Source: a candidate division WOR-3 bacterium
GTDB taxonomy: Bacteria > Hydrothermota > Hydrothermia > LBFQ01
DNA: 64,000 bases
Direction: 5' to 3'
Assembly (NCBI GenBank): GCA_039802605.1
Contig: JBDRWW010000005.1
Location: 36,902 to 100,901 of the forward strand
Made by a program: the position numbers and the translations under genes. Positions within the stretch are counted from its first letter, which is position 1; each line of letters opens with the position of its first letter. The notes under the pieces were generated by a model. That model searched no databases and had not been told where the DNA came from. It saw only the letters and a list, made by a program, of their open reading frames with translations. Positions 1 through 10,294 of this stretch are shown here, piece after piece.

Positions 1-247
1 TACCGAAAGCCGCCCCTAAGATCCCGGCTTCGGATAGGGGTGTATCTATAACCCTTTCTTCGCCGAATTCATCTATTAGCCCTTCCGTAACCAGGAAAAC
101 CCCACCCCTCCTACCCACATCCTCGCCGAGTACAATTATCCTGTCATCCCTACGCATTTCCTCCGCGAGGGTATCCCTTATAGCCTGTCTCAATTGAACC
201 GCCTTTTTACTCGTGGGTTGTGCTCCCTCTTCAAGTTTTATTACCAT
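1..247 (-). CDS. 2-oxoacid dehydrogenase E1 beta subunit (N-terminal part, runs off window)
   Basis: Manual translation from ATG 247: [82 protein letters not shown]; GEDVG and DTPLSE motifs. Confidence 0.92.
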   Translation of the reverse strand, partial: MVIKLEEGAQPTSKKAVQLRQAIRDTLAEEMRRDDRIIVLGEDVGRRGGVFLVTEGLIDEFGEERVIDTPLSEAGILGAAFG

Positions 248-280
248 AGCGGGAATTTTAAGGGAGTAAAATTCCATCCT

Positions 281-309
281 TTGACAAAAATTAAACACAC
301 CCTTAGAAT
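281..309 (+). promoter_or_regulatory. sigma70-type promoter TTGACA-17-TAGAAT
   Basis: TTGACA 281-286, 17-nt spacer, TAGAAT 304-309, 8 nt upstream of the reading frame beginning at 318. Confidence 0.75.
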
Positions 310-317
310 ATCGGTAT

Positions 318-2061
318 ATAGTAATTGCAACCATTATTTCGGCGGGTTTAATTCTCTCACAGGATTTTGAGGGCGCTTCCCACCTAGCGGGTGGGTAAAG
401 CTGGATTTGGGCGCAAGTTCTTCGGATGGGTGGAGGAGGGCCAGTTATAAGGCGAGGTCTGGTGTATATTCGGCGACCGTGGTTTATACAACATCTTACC
501 AAAACGAATGGTTAATAACCCCCGCACTGGACTTATCAACGGCTACCCATGTTATACTTTGGTTTTATGAGGACGAATACTACTGGGATGGATGGGGTGA
601 ACACCACAGGATAAGGGTTTCAACCACATCCCAAACGGATACCTCAACATTTACAACCGTTTTGGATATGACGCCTTATACCCATAACATCAACGGTTTC
701 AAAGGGGATCCGGTTGTTGTTGATCTGTCATCGTTTGCCGGAAACTCAACGGTATATGTGGCATTTCAGTATGAAGGTACGGATGCGGATGTTTGGATGG
801 TGGATGATATAGGCGTATGGGTGGCTCATCCAAACGATGTAAGACCCGTAGCGCTCGTTTCACCTTCGGAGTATGCCCCCTCTTACTTCACGCCAAGGGT
901 AAGGATTCAAAACTTCGGAGACAACCCACAAAGCAACATACCCATCAGACTCATATTTGAAACATTGGACGGAACACCCGTTTATAATCAGGTGGCAAAT
1001 TATACGGGAACTTTGAACTTTTTCGACACCGCAACCGTTAACTTTCCGACATTCACCGGCTCCGACAACAGGGTTTATAGGTATTACATAATAACCGAGT
1101 TGCCCTCGGATAATTACAGGGGAAACGATACCATTACCGGATATATATATACATACACAACGCCTATGATGGTATTGTTTGAAAGGTTCACCCAGCACAA
1201 CTGTGGCCCTTGCGCCTCGGCGGATCCCTATCAACTCAGCATATACCAATCACATGTGGATACCGCTTATAACATAGGCATGATAACATATCACGCCTGG
1301 TGGCCGGGTTCAAACAACGACCCATTTTATAGATACGATACGATGCCACAAAGGCAGAGGATAATTTATTACGGCGTAAACGCCGTTCCTTGGTTGGTAT
1401 TGAACGGTGTTAACAATGTGGGACCCAATTGGACAACCTGGGCTTCTCAGGTTTCATATGAAGAATCTTACAGGAAAACGCCCGTTGAGTTCAAGTTTGA
1501 TTTATCAAATACCTTTGTGGATTTAAACGGTGATGGTTTTATATCGCTTTGGATTAAGCAGATAGGCGAAATGGTTAATAAACCCTATAAGCTCCGCGCG
1601 GTTATAGTGCAGGATAGCGTCTATTACAACGCCCCCAACGGTACAAATTTCCACATAATGAAGTTCAGGCAGTGGAGGGATACATCCTTTACAGCGTTGG
1701 CTATGGGGGATTCGGTTTATTACAGCATACCTTTTAACCTCGTGGTTCCACCCACATATCCTACGGATCCGGGAATAGAACTTGATAAACTCGTTGCAGT
1801 AGTATTTATACAAAGCGATGACGATAAAAAGGTTTGGGGTGTTGGTACTTTCCCCGTGGGTAGGTTCTTAGGTGTATCCGAAAGTGTATCCAAAAGGTGT
1901 TCTTACCTTCCAAACAAAGGGTTGAGATTAAGGTTTATTCCACTTCCGGTAGGTTGGTAAAGGTATATACAACCGAATTCGCCGGTTGGAAGGAGTTTAA
2001 ACCCGTTTTACCAAAAGGTACATATATTGCGGAGGTTAAAGTTGGAGGGAATAAATCTTAG
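318..2061 (+). pseudogene. T9SS cargo with choice-of-anchor J/cleaved adhesin domain, Omp28-like CxxC domain and CTD; frameshifted
   Basis: 318-377 reads (I)[19 protein letters not shown], then a frameshift to [12 protein letters not shown] joining ORF 407-1960 (FTQHNCGPC). The CTD VEIKVYSTSGRLVK...LPKGTYIAEVKV is in another frame (1891-2061). First codon is ATA. Confidence 0.8.
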
Positions 2062-3021
2062 CCGTTATTTTTGCTTATTCGTGCAAGAAAAGAGGAGAAG
2101 GTGGAAGCGGGGGTGGGGAGGAACTCCCCTACCCCATCCTTGTGGAACAGGTCACAAATTATCAGTGTACCCCATGTAAGGGGGCAAACGAGGTTATAGA
2201 CTCCTTGGCGGATGCCCATCCCGACAAAATATTCCCAATACGCTACCATGTGAATACCCCTTACCCAGGTGATCCCCTCAACAACGAATACGCCGATAGT
2301 ATGGTTTCCTTCCACGGTTTGGATTTGAGTCGTGGTGTTCCTATAACCTTAATAGGAGGTGATTTTGTGGATTACGGATATGACGATAACCAGAGGGCGG
2401 ATTATGTTCAGAGGTGGTATAACAGAATAAAGGAAAAGTCCCAAACCCAACCTTACTATAATCCAACGGTTGAACTAATATACGGCGACGGCGCCATTGA
2501 TGTCAGTATTTCTCTTGATAAGCCGCTTCAAAGCGGTGATAATCCAAAGATATTCCTATCGGAATACAATGTTCCCCTACCACCCGGAAGCGAAAAACCC
2601 TATTCCAATTACGCCCTTCGCGGTATGATAAACGGTACAGGTGGAACATTTGTTGTAGATACCGCCTGGGATGTAAATAACCTTTATGTTATTTTTGCGA
2701 TCTTTAACCCCTCAAAACGGGTTGTTGGGTTAAGCAGGGTAAAGGTTTCGAACACATCAAACACCTTTACATTCTACGCTACCGACCCGGTTGTCGATAC
2801 GGTTGATTCGGGTGCAATATCTAAGTTTCATCTATATGCAAAAAACAATACAAATAAGGATCTGGTTATGACCTTAATGATTTCGGGAGTTCCGAGGTTT
2901 TGGAATACCGCCGTATGTTGGGGTATATGTATTTCGGGGAACAGGATAACGGATACCTTATAACACCTACAACCAAAGACTCGGCGAAAGGAGTGTAAAT
3001 TTCAAGGTATATGTCAGATGA
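2055..3021 (+). pseudogene. Omp28-related lipoprotein (thioredoxin fold, CTPC), 5' and internal deletions
   Basis: Frame of ORF 2142-2963 extends upstream as ILAVIFAYS-C (lipobox) to a TAA at 2052 with no start codon. CTPC and CWGIC motifs. The likely C-terminus YNQRLGERSVNFKVYVR* is out of frame and ends at 3021. Confidence 0.7.
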
Positions 3022-3431
3022 TTTGGATATTTATAGGATTTGTTGCAACCGATATATACGGCAACAAAGTGGATTTTGACGGCATAGTTAAAGAAAAGCA
3101 TGTGGTTTTAAACTTCTGGGCTACATGGTGCAATCACTGCGATGAGGAACTTGACAAACTAAACAAGCACTTTTCGGATAGAGACGATATCGTAATTATA
3201 GCGATTAGTCAGGATACAAAAAGGGACATAGAAAGGGTGAAGAGTATGGCCAAATCCCACGGTTGGAAAATGCCAATAGTGATAGACGACGGTAAAAGGA
3301 TATCATCACAATTTGCCGTATTAGGCCTACCCACGGTTATAATATTTGAAAAGGGTGGGAAATTGAAGAAAAAGGTTTTCGGATACAACCCCAAGATAGT
3401 TGAAATAATAAGGGAAACCCTCAAACTGTGA
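3018..3431 (+). CDS. TlpA/ResA-family thiol-disulfide oxidoreductase
   Basis: LNFWATWCNHC active site, GLPTV cis-Pro loop. Confidence 0.92.
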   Translation: MIWIFIGFVATDIYGNKVDFDGIVKEKHVVLNFWATWCNHCDEELDKLNKHFSDRDDIVIIAISQDTKRDIERVKSMAKSHGWKMPIVIDDGKRISSQFAVLGLPTVIIFEKGGKLKKKVFGYNPKIVEIIRETLKL

Positions 3432-4660
3432 TATTCTTTTCCATATACAATTCCTTATGGTTATCCGATAGTGTTCGCAATCTCGGTAAGATTCTATTTG
3501 ATTACAATTATGGTAGTTTTGGGTTATCATGCGAGATAAGGGATTATAGGACACCATCTCCTATATATGGCGATACCTATAAACTCAATTTGTTCAAACT
3601 TTCCGCAAAATATTTCGGAGGGGATTGGGAAATGCACTTGGGCGATAACAACATTACGGCTGGAAGGGGTTTATCGGTTTTTCTCTCATACGATGATAGG
3701 GCGCTTTTGGAGAGCTTCCTAAGGGGTGCATATTTCAGGTGGAGGTTTTTAAACCTGTACGGGGGATTAAAGAGAAAGTGGATATATTTTCAAGGGGATA
3801 GCGATACCACATATATAGGTGGCGTAAATTTTGATTTCAAAACCTTGGGAATAAATGGAATAAGGTATTTCATAAATTCAAAGGGGGGTTATTTGATCTC
3901 GGGAAACCTGAACGCATCCTTAGGATTATTGAAGGCCTATTTGGAAGGGGCTTATAGGTTTGGATACGACCCAACGGTCTTTGCGGAGGATACCGGTTAT
4001 GGAATTTTCGGCAATTTAACATTTTCTTATGGTGACCTTTCCCTATCCCTTGAAGGTAAAAATTACAAAAGGTTGTATGTGGGATTCAATATACCGGCAC
4101 CCGCAAACGGATACGGACTTTTGCCCACAAACGCCCGTTATGAAAGGGGAGGTTCGGTATACCTGTATTATAAAACCCTATACGCCGAATTTTCAAGGGG
4201 ACTTTCAACATTAAACGGCGAGAAGGTTATGGATTTTATAAAACTGCAATATTACACCAATGTTTTAAACGACTTTATAACCTTAAAGGTTTCCGCCCAT
4301 AGATTGTATTGGTTTCAAAATCTTGATGAATATTTGGCCTTTTGGGAAATCAAAACAAAAACGGAACCTTCCTTTATTGGATACTTAGAATATCGTAAAA
4401 GGAAAGGGGATGAACCCTTTGCATCTTTTTCTATACTCTATAAAGGTATAACCCTCGGAATATCCGGCAGATATTATAAATTCCAAAAGAAGAGGGATTA
4501 CCTTCTTGGAATCGCCTACGATAACTACCGCTTCTTAAGGTTATCCCTGAGTTATGGTAGTTTTTCGGGGGATATAGTTTGCTCTTCCGGTGTTTGCAGG
4601 TATGAGCCTCCCTTTAAGGGTTTTAAAGGGGAAATTCAAGTGTCTATAACCCATCCTTAG
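3428..4660 (+). CDS. DUF6029-like outer-membrane beta-barrel protein
   Basis: Alternating aromatic beta-strands; C-terminal GDIVCSSGVCRYEPPFKG signature; follows TlpA. Confidence 0.7.
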   Translation: MIFFSIYNSLWLSDSVRNLGKILFDYNYGSFGLSCEIRDYRTPSPIYGDTYKLNLFKLSAKYFGGDWEMHLGDNNITAGRGLSVFLSYDDRALLESFLRGAYFRWRFLNLYGGLKRKWIYFQGDSDTTYIGGVNFDFKTLGINGIRYFINSKGGYLISGNLNASLGLLKAYLEGAYRFGYDPTVFAEDTGYGIFGNLTFSYGDLSLSLEGKNYKRLYVGFNIPAPANGYGLLPTNARYERGGSVYLYYKTLYAEFSRGLSTLNGEKVMDFIKLQYYTNVLNDFITLKVSAHRLYWFQNLDEYLAFWEIKTKTEPSFIGYLEYRKRKGDEPFASFSILYKGITLGISGRYYKFQKKRDYLLGIAYDNYRFLRLSLSYGSFSGDIVCSSGVCRYEPPFKGFKGEIQVSITHP

Positions 4661-4681
4661 CATCCTTATAATACCCATTGT

Positions 4682-5626
4682 ATGAAAAAGGTTTTATTGG
4701 TTTTCGGTTTTGCCTCGCCGTTGTTTGCCCAGCCCTTCACATATCTGGGTATAATAGATGGGCAAATGGGTGCCTTCTCGGGTAATAGGAAGGATTCTAC
4801 ATATATAACGGGTTCGGGTTCTACCGTAAATACCGCCGTAAAAGCGGAAACACTATTCGTGGATCAGAGTTTCACATACATGGGCTACAACGCAAAGGGG
4901 ATACAGAGAAAGGCGTATTACAACGGAAGTCCCTCGCCAATATTTGAAGACACGGTTTACGAGGTTGGCGATACTATGCACAGGTTAATGGTTGTGGGCA
5001 GGTCAAGTAGTTCAACATATGTGAAGGCGGATGTTAAAGCGCTGGTAGTTCCCTTTGTCGTCGGAAATTCCTGGACATTGGGTATAGCGGGCAACACCTA
5101 TGTGGCGGACATTGACGGGGATAACAACTGGGCGAATCCCGACACATTCGTTATAACAAAGGATTCAATGTACGTTGTGTCTATGGGTACCGTTACGGTT
5201 CCGGCCGGAACATTTGACAGCGTATATACCATAAGGTTAAGGCTTGAAGGCAGGCTTTGGTCATCACTCGTATATTCCAACACCGGAAGTTCATCCGCCG
5301 CTTGGTCGGATTCCCTTTATAGGGATTATTACATTTGGTGGAAGCCCGGCCTTGGGTATGTTAAGGATTCAATGTTCCAGTTCGCCAAATGGAGATATCT
5401 CTTTGTTACAATACGTAACTTCTCCTGGGAAACTTCCGAGTTAAACGGTTATTGGGTAGATTTGGCCGAGAAGGGGAAATATCCCGAGTTATCGGGAAAG
5501 GGATACGCGGTTATATACGATATAACGGGTAAAAAGGTGGCGGAAGGTAAAGGTAAAATCTCTCTAAGGAAGGGTATATACTTTATTGTGCAAAAGGGGA
5601 GGGTGTATAAATACATTGTGAAGTGA
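4682..5626 (+). CDS. Secreted protein with short T9SS-type C-terminal domain
   Basis: Signal peptide MKKVLLVFGFASPLFA-Q; VTVPAGTF motif; C-terminal IYDITGKKV...LRKGIYFI...YKYIVK. Confidence 0.75.
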   Translation: MKKVLLVFGFASPLFAQPFTYLGIIDGQMGAFSGNRKDSTYITGSGSTVNTAVKAETLFVDQSFTYMGYNAKGIQRKAYYNGSPSPIFEDTVYEVGDTMHRLMVVGRSSSSTYVKADVKALVVPFVVGNSWTLGIAGNTYVADIDGDNNWANPDTFVITKDSMYVVSMGTVTVPAGTFDSVYTIRLRLEGRLWSSLVYSNTGSSSAAWSDSLYRDYYIWWKPGLGYVKDSMFQFAKWRYLFVTIRNFSWETSELNGYWVDLAEKGKYPELSGKGYAVIYDITGKKVAEGKGKISLRKGIYFIVQKGRVYKYIVK

Positions 5627-6903
5627 GGGGAATAATCAAAGTGGCCCCCCTATGGGGGGCCGTCTTTTTCTCCTGTTTTGGTCCCAATTTTGGTGCCTAT
5701 TTCAATACATATTACAACATAGATCGTATAGTTAAAAGGATTGAAAGGCTTGAATCCTTGGGCGATACATTATTGGCAAAACCATTATACGATTCCCTTG
5801 AAACAAAATGCGCATACCTTATAAAATACTATCCCAATTCCAAATACCTACCGGATGCCGTTTTCTATTTGGGCTTAGCCTTTTCAAGAAAGGGACAATA
5901 CGAAAAGGCCATACAGAAGTTTAGGGAGTTTTTGGAATTTTTCCCAAACCACCCTTTAAGTAATAGGGCAAAATTAGAATTGGGAAGGGTTTACGCCCTT
6001 GACCCGAGGTATACGGATTTGTCTATAAGCGTTTTGAAAGATGTAAAAAGCGATGAGGCGTATTATTGGATGGCTTATTCCTACTATCAAATCGGCGATT
6101 ACAATTCGGCCCAAGTGTATTTTGAAAAGTTAAACATAAAAGAAAAGCCTAATAAGGCAAAGAGGTATATACCTTTGGGCTTGGACATATACATTAAGGC
6201 AAACAAAGCGGATAGGGCCCAGGAACTGTTAAAAATTTATCTATCCTTAAACTTACTGCCTTCCGAAAAGAAGTTAGCAGAGGAGAAAAAGGGGGATATA
6301 CTTTTTAGCACCAACAGGATAAAGGAGGCAATTGAAGTTTATAACTCCTTAGATTATCCGCCTAGGGGTTCGGATGACGGTAGGTTAAAGTTTAAGTTGG
6401 GTAAGGCGTATATGCTATTAGGGGATACATCAAAGGCCTTGGAAAATTACGAGATATGCTATTCATCTTCTGCTTATGAAAAGTGGGAGTGTGGATACGA
6501 GGCGGCGGGGATATATATACTAAAAGGGGATTACGATAAGGCCGCGAGGTTTTATGACGGTATATACACACAGGGTGGGGGTGAATGGAGATCAAAAGCC
6601 TTTATAAAAAAGTTGGTTTTGGATGAATGGAGGCATTTAAAGGGCAAGGATGACCCAAAATCCACTTATAGAAAGGCGGAAATTTACTATTTTCACCTGA
6701 ACAGTACGGATACGGCAATGGCCATTTGGAAAAACTTATCAAAATCTTCGGATAAAGAGATCTCCATAAAAAGCGCGTTGGCGTTAATTTACGCGTATTC
6801 CCAAAAAGGCGAAAAGGATTCGGCGGAAAATGTATATCGTACGATAAGGCATGAGGTTAAGGATACTTTTCTTATTAATTGGATTCGCTCTATCATACAT
6901 TAG
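5623..6903 (+). CDS. TPR-repeat lipoprotein (BamD/PorW-like)
   Basis: FFS-C lipobox, YFNTYYN, YPNSKY and FPNHPL TPR turns; GTG start overlaps the upstream stop. Confidence 0.7.
   Translation: MRGIIKVAPLWGAVFFSCFGPNFGAYFNTYYNIDRIVKRIERLESLGDTLLAKPLYDSLETKCAYLIKYYPNSKYLPDAVFYLGLAFSRKGQYEKAIQKFREFLEFFPNHPLSNRAKLELGRVYALDPRYTDLSISVLKDVKSDEAYYWMAYSYYQIGDYNSAQVYFEKLNIKEKPNKAKRYIPLGLDIYIKANKADRAQELLKIYLSLNLLPSEKKLAEEKKGDILFSTNRIKEAIEVYNSLDYPPRGSDDGRLKFKLGKAYMLLGDTSKALENYEICYSSSAYEKWECGYEAAGIYILKGDYDKAARFYDGIYTQGGGEWRSKAFIKKLVLDEWRHLKGKDDPKSTYRKAEIYYFHLNSTDTAMAIWKNLSKSSDKEISIKSALALIYAYSQKGEKDSAENVYRTIRHEVKDTFLINWIRSIIH
5643..5669 (+). terminator. Intrinsic terminator-like hairpin after the 4682-5626 gene
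   Basis: GGCCCCCC-TAT-GGGGGGCC followed by GTCTTTTT. Confidence 0.55.
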
Positions 6904-8362
6904 TTGCGTTTCAACCGGTAAAGAAACCGGCAAACTGGAAAGAATGGAGGTTTATAAACCGAACGATGTAAGGGTATTAAAATTAAAGCAAATATTTCCC
7001 AAAGAACCGAGGATAAAGGTGGGTATAGGCAAGGGCAGAATTATAAGGTTAAAAACCCTTGGAGGGTGTTCCCTTAGGGATAGCTCAACCCTTTCGGTGA
7101 ATGGAGAATTCCCAACACTAACCTTTAAAGCATTAAAATCCCAAAAACCGGTAATATATCATTGGGTAATTTTAGAGGATTACCTTGACCCCACCTTGGC
7201 AAAGGCTTACCAACTCTCCTTTCCGGATGTTAAAATCCTTAAACTCGGCATATATCCGAGGTATTTTGTGGCGTTGGGGCCTTTTGAGGATTTTAAAGAA
7301 GCGTTAAGGTTTAAACATCCAAACAAAAAAGCCGTTTTTTCCATTTTAGAAAAACCATCGTCCGGCGAGATTTATGTTGAAGAATTGGATAAGGTGTTAA
7401 AATCTCCCGTGTATATAAGTTGTGCCGGATACTTCTCATACAAGGGTAATAGGTATAAAGGCGATATGATTATTATGACGGATTACGAAAATGGTTTAGT
7501 GTTGATAAACGATATAGACATAGAGGATTATTTAAGGGGTGTTATACCTTGGGAAATATCACCCTCTTATCCGGAAGAGGCATTAAAGGCCCAGGCCGTA
7601 GCCGCAAGGACACACGCGGTTGATGTCGCTGGAATAAAATGGTATCTCTTGAAAGAACCTTATGATATTACCGACGATTTTACAACACAGGTTTATAAAG
7701 GATTTACGGACTATGCAATAATTGACAGCGTTATAAATGAAACCAAAGGTATAGTTATGATGAACGGTGAAAGGTTTTCAATAGCAACATTTTTTACGAA
7801 TTGTGGGGGGGTTTTGGAAAGCGGTAGGGAATGGGGGGATAGTTTAATAAGGCCGAAAACGGATGCATTTATTGATATGAAACCCTCTTTAAGTCTTTTA
7901 AAGGTTAAAAGCGATACGAATTTTGCATGCTCACCGTCCAAGGATTTACCGAGAATTTTAAAGGTAGGCGCGGAAAGCTTTCGCTGGGAAAAAAAAGTAT
8001 CATTGACGGAAATTTCGGAAAGTATTAAAAAGAACTTTGGAGTTGATGTCGGAAGGATAAAAAGTTTAGAAGTGTTAATGAGGAGTGAAACGGGAAGGGT
8101 TAAAGAGGTAAAGGTAGTTGGGAGTAAGAATTCCTTTGTTGTCCGTGGGGATTGGAATATTAGGGTTGCACTCGGAAACTTAAAGTCATCGTATTTTACA
8201 TTCAAGCGAAAGGGGAATTATATTTACTTTTACGGTGGTGGATGGGGGCACGGTATAGGTATGTGCCAGGTGGGGGCGGGGGTTAGGGCTTTAAAGGGTT
8301 GGAATTATGAGGAGATTTTAAAGTTTTATTACGGCAATGTTGAACTCGTAAAGGTGTGGTAA
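6851..8362 (+). CDS. SpoIID/LytB-domain peptidoglycan lytic transglycosylase
   Basis: EDYLRGVIPWE, EALKAQAVAART, GWGHGIGMCQVGA, YEEILKFYY. Confidence 0.92.
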   Translation: MRLRILFLLIGFALSYISCVSTGKETGKLERMEVYKPNDVRVLKLKQIFPKEPRIKVGIGKGRIIRLKTLGGCSLRDSSTLSVNGEFPTLTFKALKSQKPVIYHWVILEDYLDPTLAKAYQLSFPDVKILKLGIYPRYFVALGPFEDFKEALRFKHPNKKAVFSILEKPSSGEIYVEELDKVLKSPVYISCAGYFSYKGNRYKGDMIIMTDYENGLVLINDIDIEDYLRGVIPWEISPSYPEEALKAQAVAARTHAVDVAGIKWYLLKEPYDITDDFTTQVYKGFTDYAIIDSVINETKGIVMMNGERFSIATFFTNCGGVLESGREWGDSLIRPKTDAFIDMKPSLSLLKVKSDTNFACSPSKDLPRILKVGAESFRWEKKVSLTEISESIKKNFGVDVGRIKSLEVLMRSETGRVKEVKVVGSKNSFVVRGDWNIRVALGNLKSSYFTFKRKGNYIYFYGGGWGHGIGMCQVGAGVRALKGWNYEEILKFYYGNVELVKVW

Positions 8363-8389
8363 GGTTTTCAACCTTAAAATATTTAAACT

Positions 8390-8839
8390 ATGCTAATGGT
8401 TTTTTTTACCCAGGTAAGGGTTGATATAGTGGATGTTATGGGAAACTTTTTAATACTCGGTAAAAGGGAAACCTCTTCGTATGTTATAATGACCATAGGT
8501 GAAAGCGAAGCATTTTCAATAAAAGTTGCCTTGGAAAACATTCCATTTGAGAGGCCGTTATCCCACGACCTTATGAAGAGCATAATAAACCTCTCCGGCT
8601 TTAAGCCCAAAAAGGTGGTTATATACGATGTAAAGAACGGGGCATATCTGGCAAAGATCTATATGGAAAAGGGGGTATTTATATTTAAACAGACCGTTGT
8701 CCTTGACAGTAGGCCTTCGGATGCGGTTGCCTTGGCCCTAAGGTTTAAAATCCCTATATATGTTATGCCCCACCTCTTCATAAACCCCTTAGAAATCAAA
8801 CCCGACACCTTACAAAAACCAAAGGGCATTGAGGGATGA
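8390..8839 (+). CDS. Bifunctional nuclease family (DUF151)
   Basis: IGESEA, RPLSHDL, LDSRPSDAVALALR. Confidence 0.9.
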   Translation: MLMVFFTQVRVDIVDVMGNFLILGKRETSSYVIMTIGESEAFSIKVALENIPFERPLSHDLMKSIINLSGFKPKKVVIYDVKNGAYLAKIYMEKGVFIFKQTVVLDSRPSDAVALALRFKIPIYVMPHLFINPLEIKPDTLQKPKGIEG

Positions 8840-9675
8840 TACCTTACGAAGAGGAATTCATAAAGCATTTGATGTCCTTAGGTAGGGGTGAAAAAACCGT
8901 AGAGGCGTATCTCAGGGATATAAAAGCGCTCTCCGAATTTGCCGGGGATTTGGGGAAAGGAATAGACGAATTGGACAAAGGGGATTTCAGATTTTTCATA
9001 CCTTACCTTCAAAACAAAGGTTTAAATCCAACAACCATTAACAGGAAGATAACCTCTATAAGGGTTTATTTTAAGTTTTTGTTAAAAAGGGGATATATTA
9101 AGAAAGACCCCACAGCTCATATCCAACGACCAAAGAATCCCAAAAGGTTTCCAAGGCCCGTTGATAAGGATAAAATTTTAGGAATTATCCTACTTTGGAA
9201 TCCGGAAAAGGATGAAGAGGTATTGGCAAAGGATATTATAATTTTGCTCTACTCCACCGGGATGAGGATAAGCGAACTCTTATCTTTAAGGGGTAGGGAC
9301 ATAAACCTTTCGGATATGTCAATAGTTGTTAAGGGCAAAAGGGGCAAGTTTAGGAAGCTGCCTATTATAAAAGTCGCCTACGATGTGATTATGAAGTACA
9401 TTAAGGGGCCAGAAGAAAAACTTTTTAACATCAGCAGGTTTAAGGCTTATAGGCTTGTTAAAAGGGCTTTTGAAAAAATCGCCAAGATCAGCGGAGTACA
9501 TCCGCATACATTAAGGCATTCATTTGCAACCCATCTTTTGGAAAATGGGGCGGATTTAAAGAGCGTTCAAGAGTTGTTGGGACATTCAAATTTAACATCA
9601 ACACAAATCTATACGAAAGTTTCTTTAAACCATATAAGGAAGGTGTATAAAAGGGTTTGGGAGGGAGAGGATTAA
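8836..9675 (+). CDS. xerC: Tyrosine recombinase XerC/XerD
   Basis: TGMRISEL, HPHTLRHSFATHLL, QELLGHSNLTSTQIYT. Confidence 0.85.
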   Translation: MIPYEEEFIKHLMSLGRGEKTVEAYLRDIKALSEFAGDLGKGIDELDKGDFRFFIPYLQNKGLNPTTINRKITSIRVYFKFLLKRGYIKKDPTAHIQRPKNPKRFPRPVDKDKILGIILLWNPEKDEEVLAKDIIILLYSTGMRISELLSLRGRDINLSDMSIVVKGKRGKFRKLPIIKVAYDVIMKYIKGPEEKLFNISRFKAYRLVKRAFEKIAKISGVHPHTLRHSFATHLLENGADLKSVQELLGHSNLTSTQIYTKVSLNHIRKVYKRVWEGED

Positions 9676-9709
9676 AAACCTTTCAACCTTAAAATATCCG
9701 CTTTTCGGT

Positions 9710-9794
9710 GCCGGGGTGGCGGAATTGGCAGACGCGCTGGGTTCAGGACCCAGTGGGTTTTATACCCGTGCGGGTTCAAGTCCCGCCCCCGGCA
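9710..9794 (+). tRNA. tRNA-Leu(CAG), CCA not encoded
   Basis: GCCGGGG acceptor stem, CTGGG-TTCAGGA-CCCAG anticodon arm, long variable arm, GGTTCAAGTCC T arm; TAAAAT box at 9690. Confidence 0.96.
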
Positions 9795-9795
9795 T

Positions 9796-10278
9796 TTGAG
9801 GGAAATATATGGAGGGTTGGAAACGCCTTTCTATGTTTACGACAGGGAAAAGATAGAGGAAAAGTGTAACAAGCTTTTAAACGGTTTTCCGTTTGCAAAA
9901 ATCCTTTATTCCGTAAAGGCAAATTCAAATCCCGAAATATTAAAAGTTATTAAAGGGTGTGGGCTTGATTTTGAGGTGGTATACCTAGTTGCAGATGCGA
10001 GGTTTATAATAAAGAGAGATTATCCTTACATCATAAGACCCGCTTTATACGGTGTAAAACATTCCATAAGGGCGTTAAAATCTTCTGTAGGTCCCGTTTT
10101 TGGGGTTTATGAATTGCCAATTATGAGGAAGGAGGATATGGTTGTTATTGAGGAGGCCGGGGCTTATGGTTATAGTATGGCCAGCAATTACAACGGTCGC
10201 CCAAAACCCGCCGAATATATGTTGGAAAACGGCGGGTTAAGGATTATCAGGCCGAGGCAGGATTATAGGGTTTTATAA
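9796..10278 (+). pseudogene. Internally deleted diaminopimelate/ornithine decarboxylase (LysA-like) remnant, still one open frame
   Basis: TPFYVYD, YSVKANS (PLP lysine), IRPALYG, AGAYGYSMASNYNGRP present in only 160 aa; most of the barrel and the CESGD motif are missing. Confidence 0.75.
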
Positions 10279-10294
10279 AAAAGGAGGTAGAGGA

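Noticed and set aside
370-400. Programmed frameshift or phase variation in the first cargo gene
   Set aside because: No slippery heptamer or long homopolymer, and additional lesions in the same gene indicate decay
8836-9794. Tyrosine recombinase next to tRNA-Leu as an integrative element
   Set aside because: It looks like housekeeping XerC/D, is coupled to the DUF151 gene, and no duplicated tRNA 3' end or mobile cargo was seen
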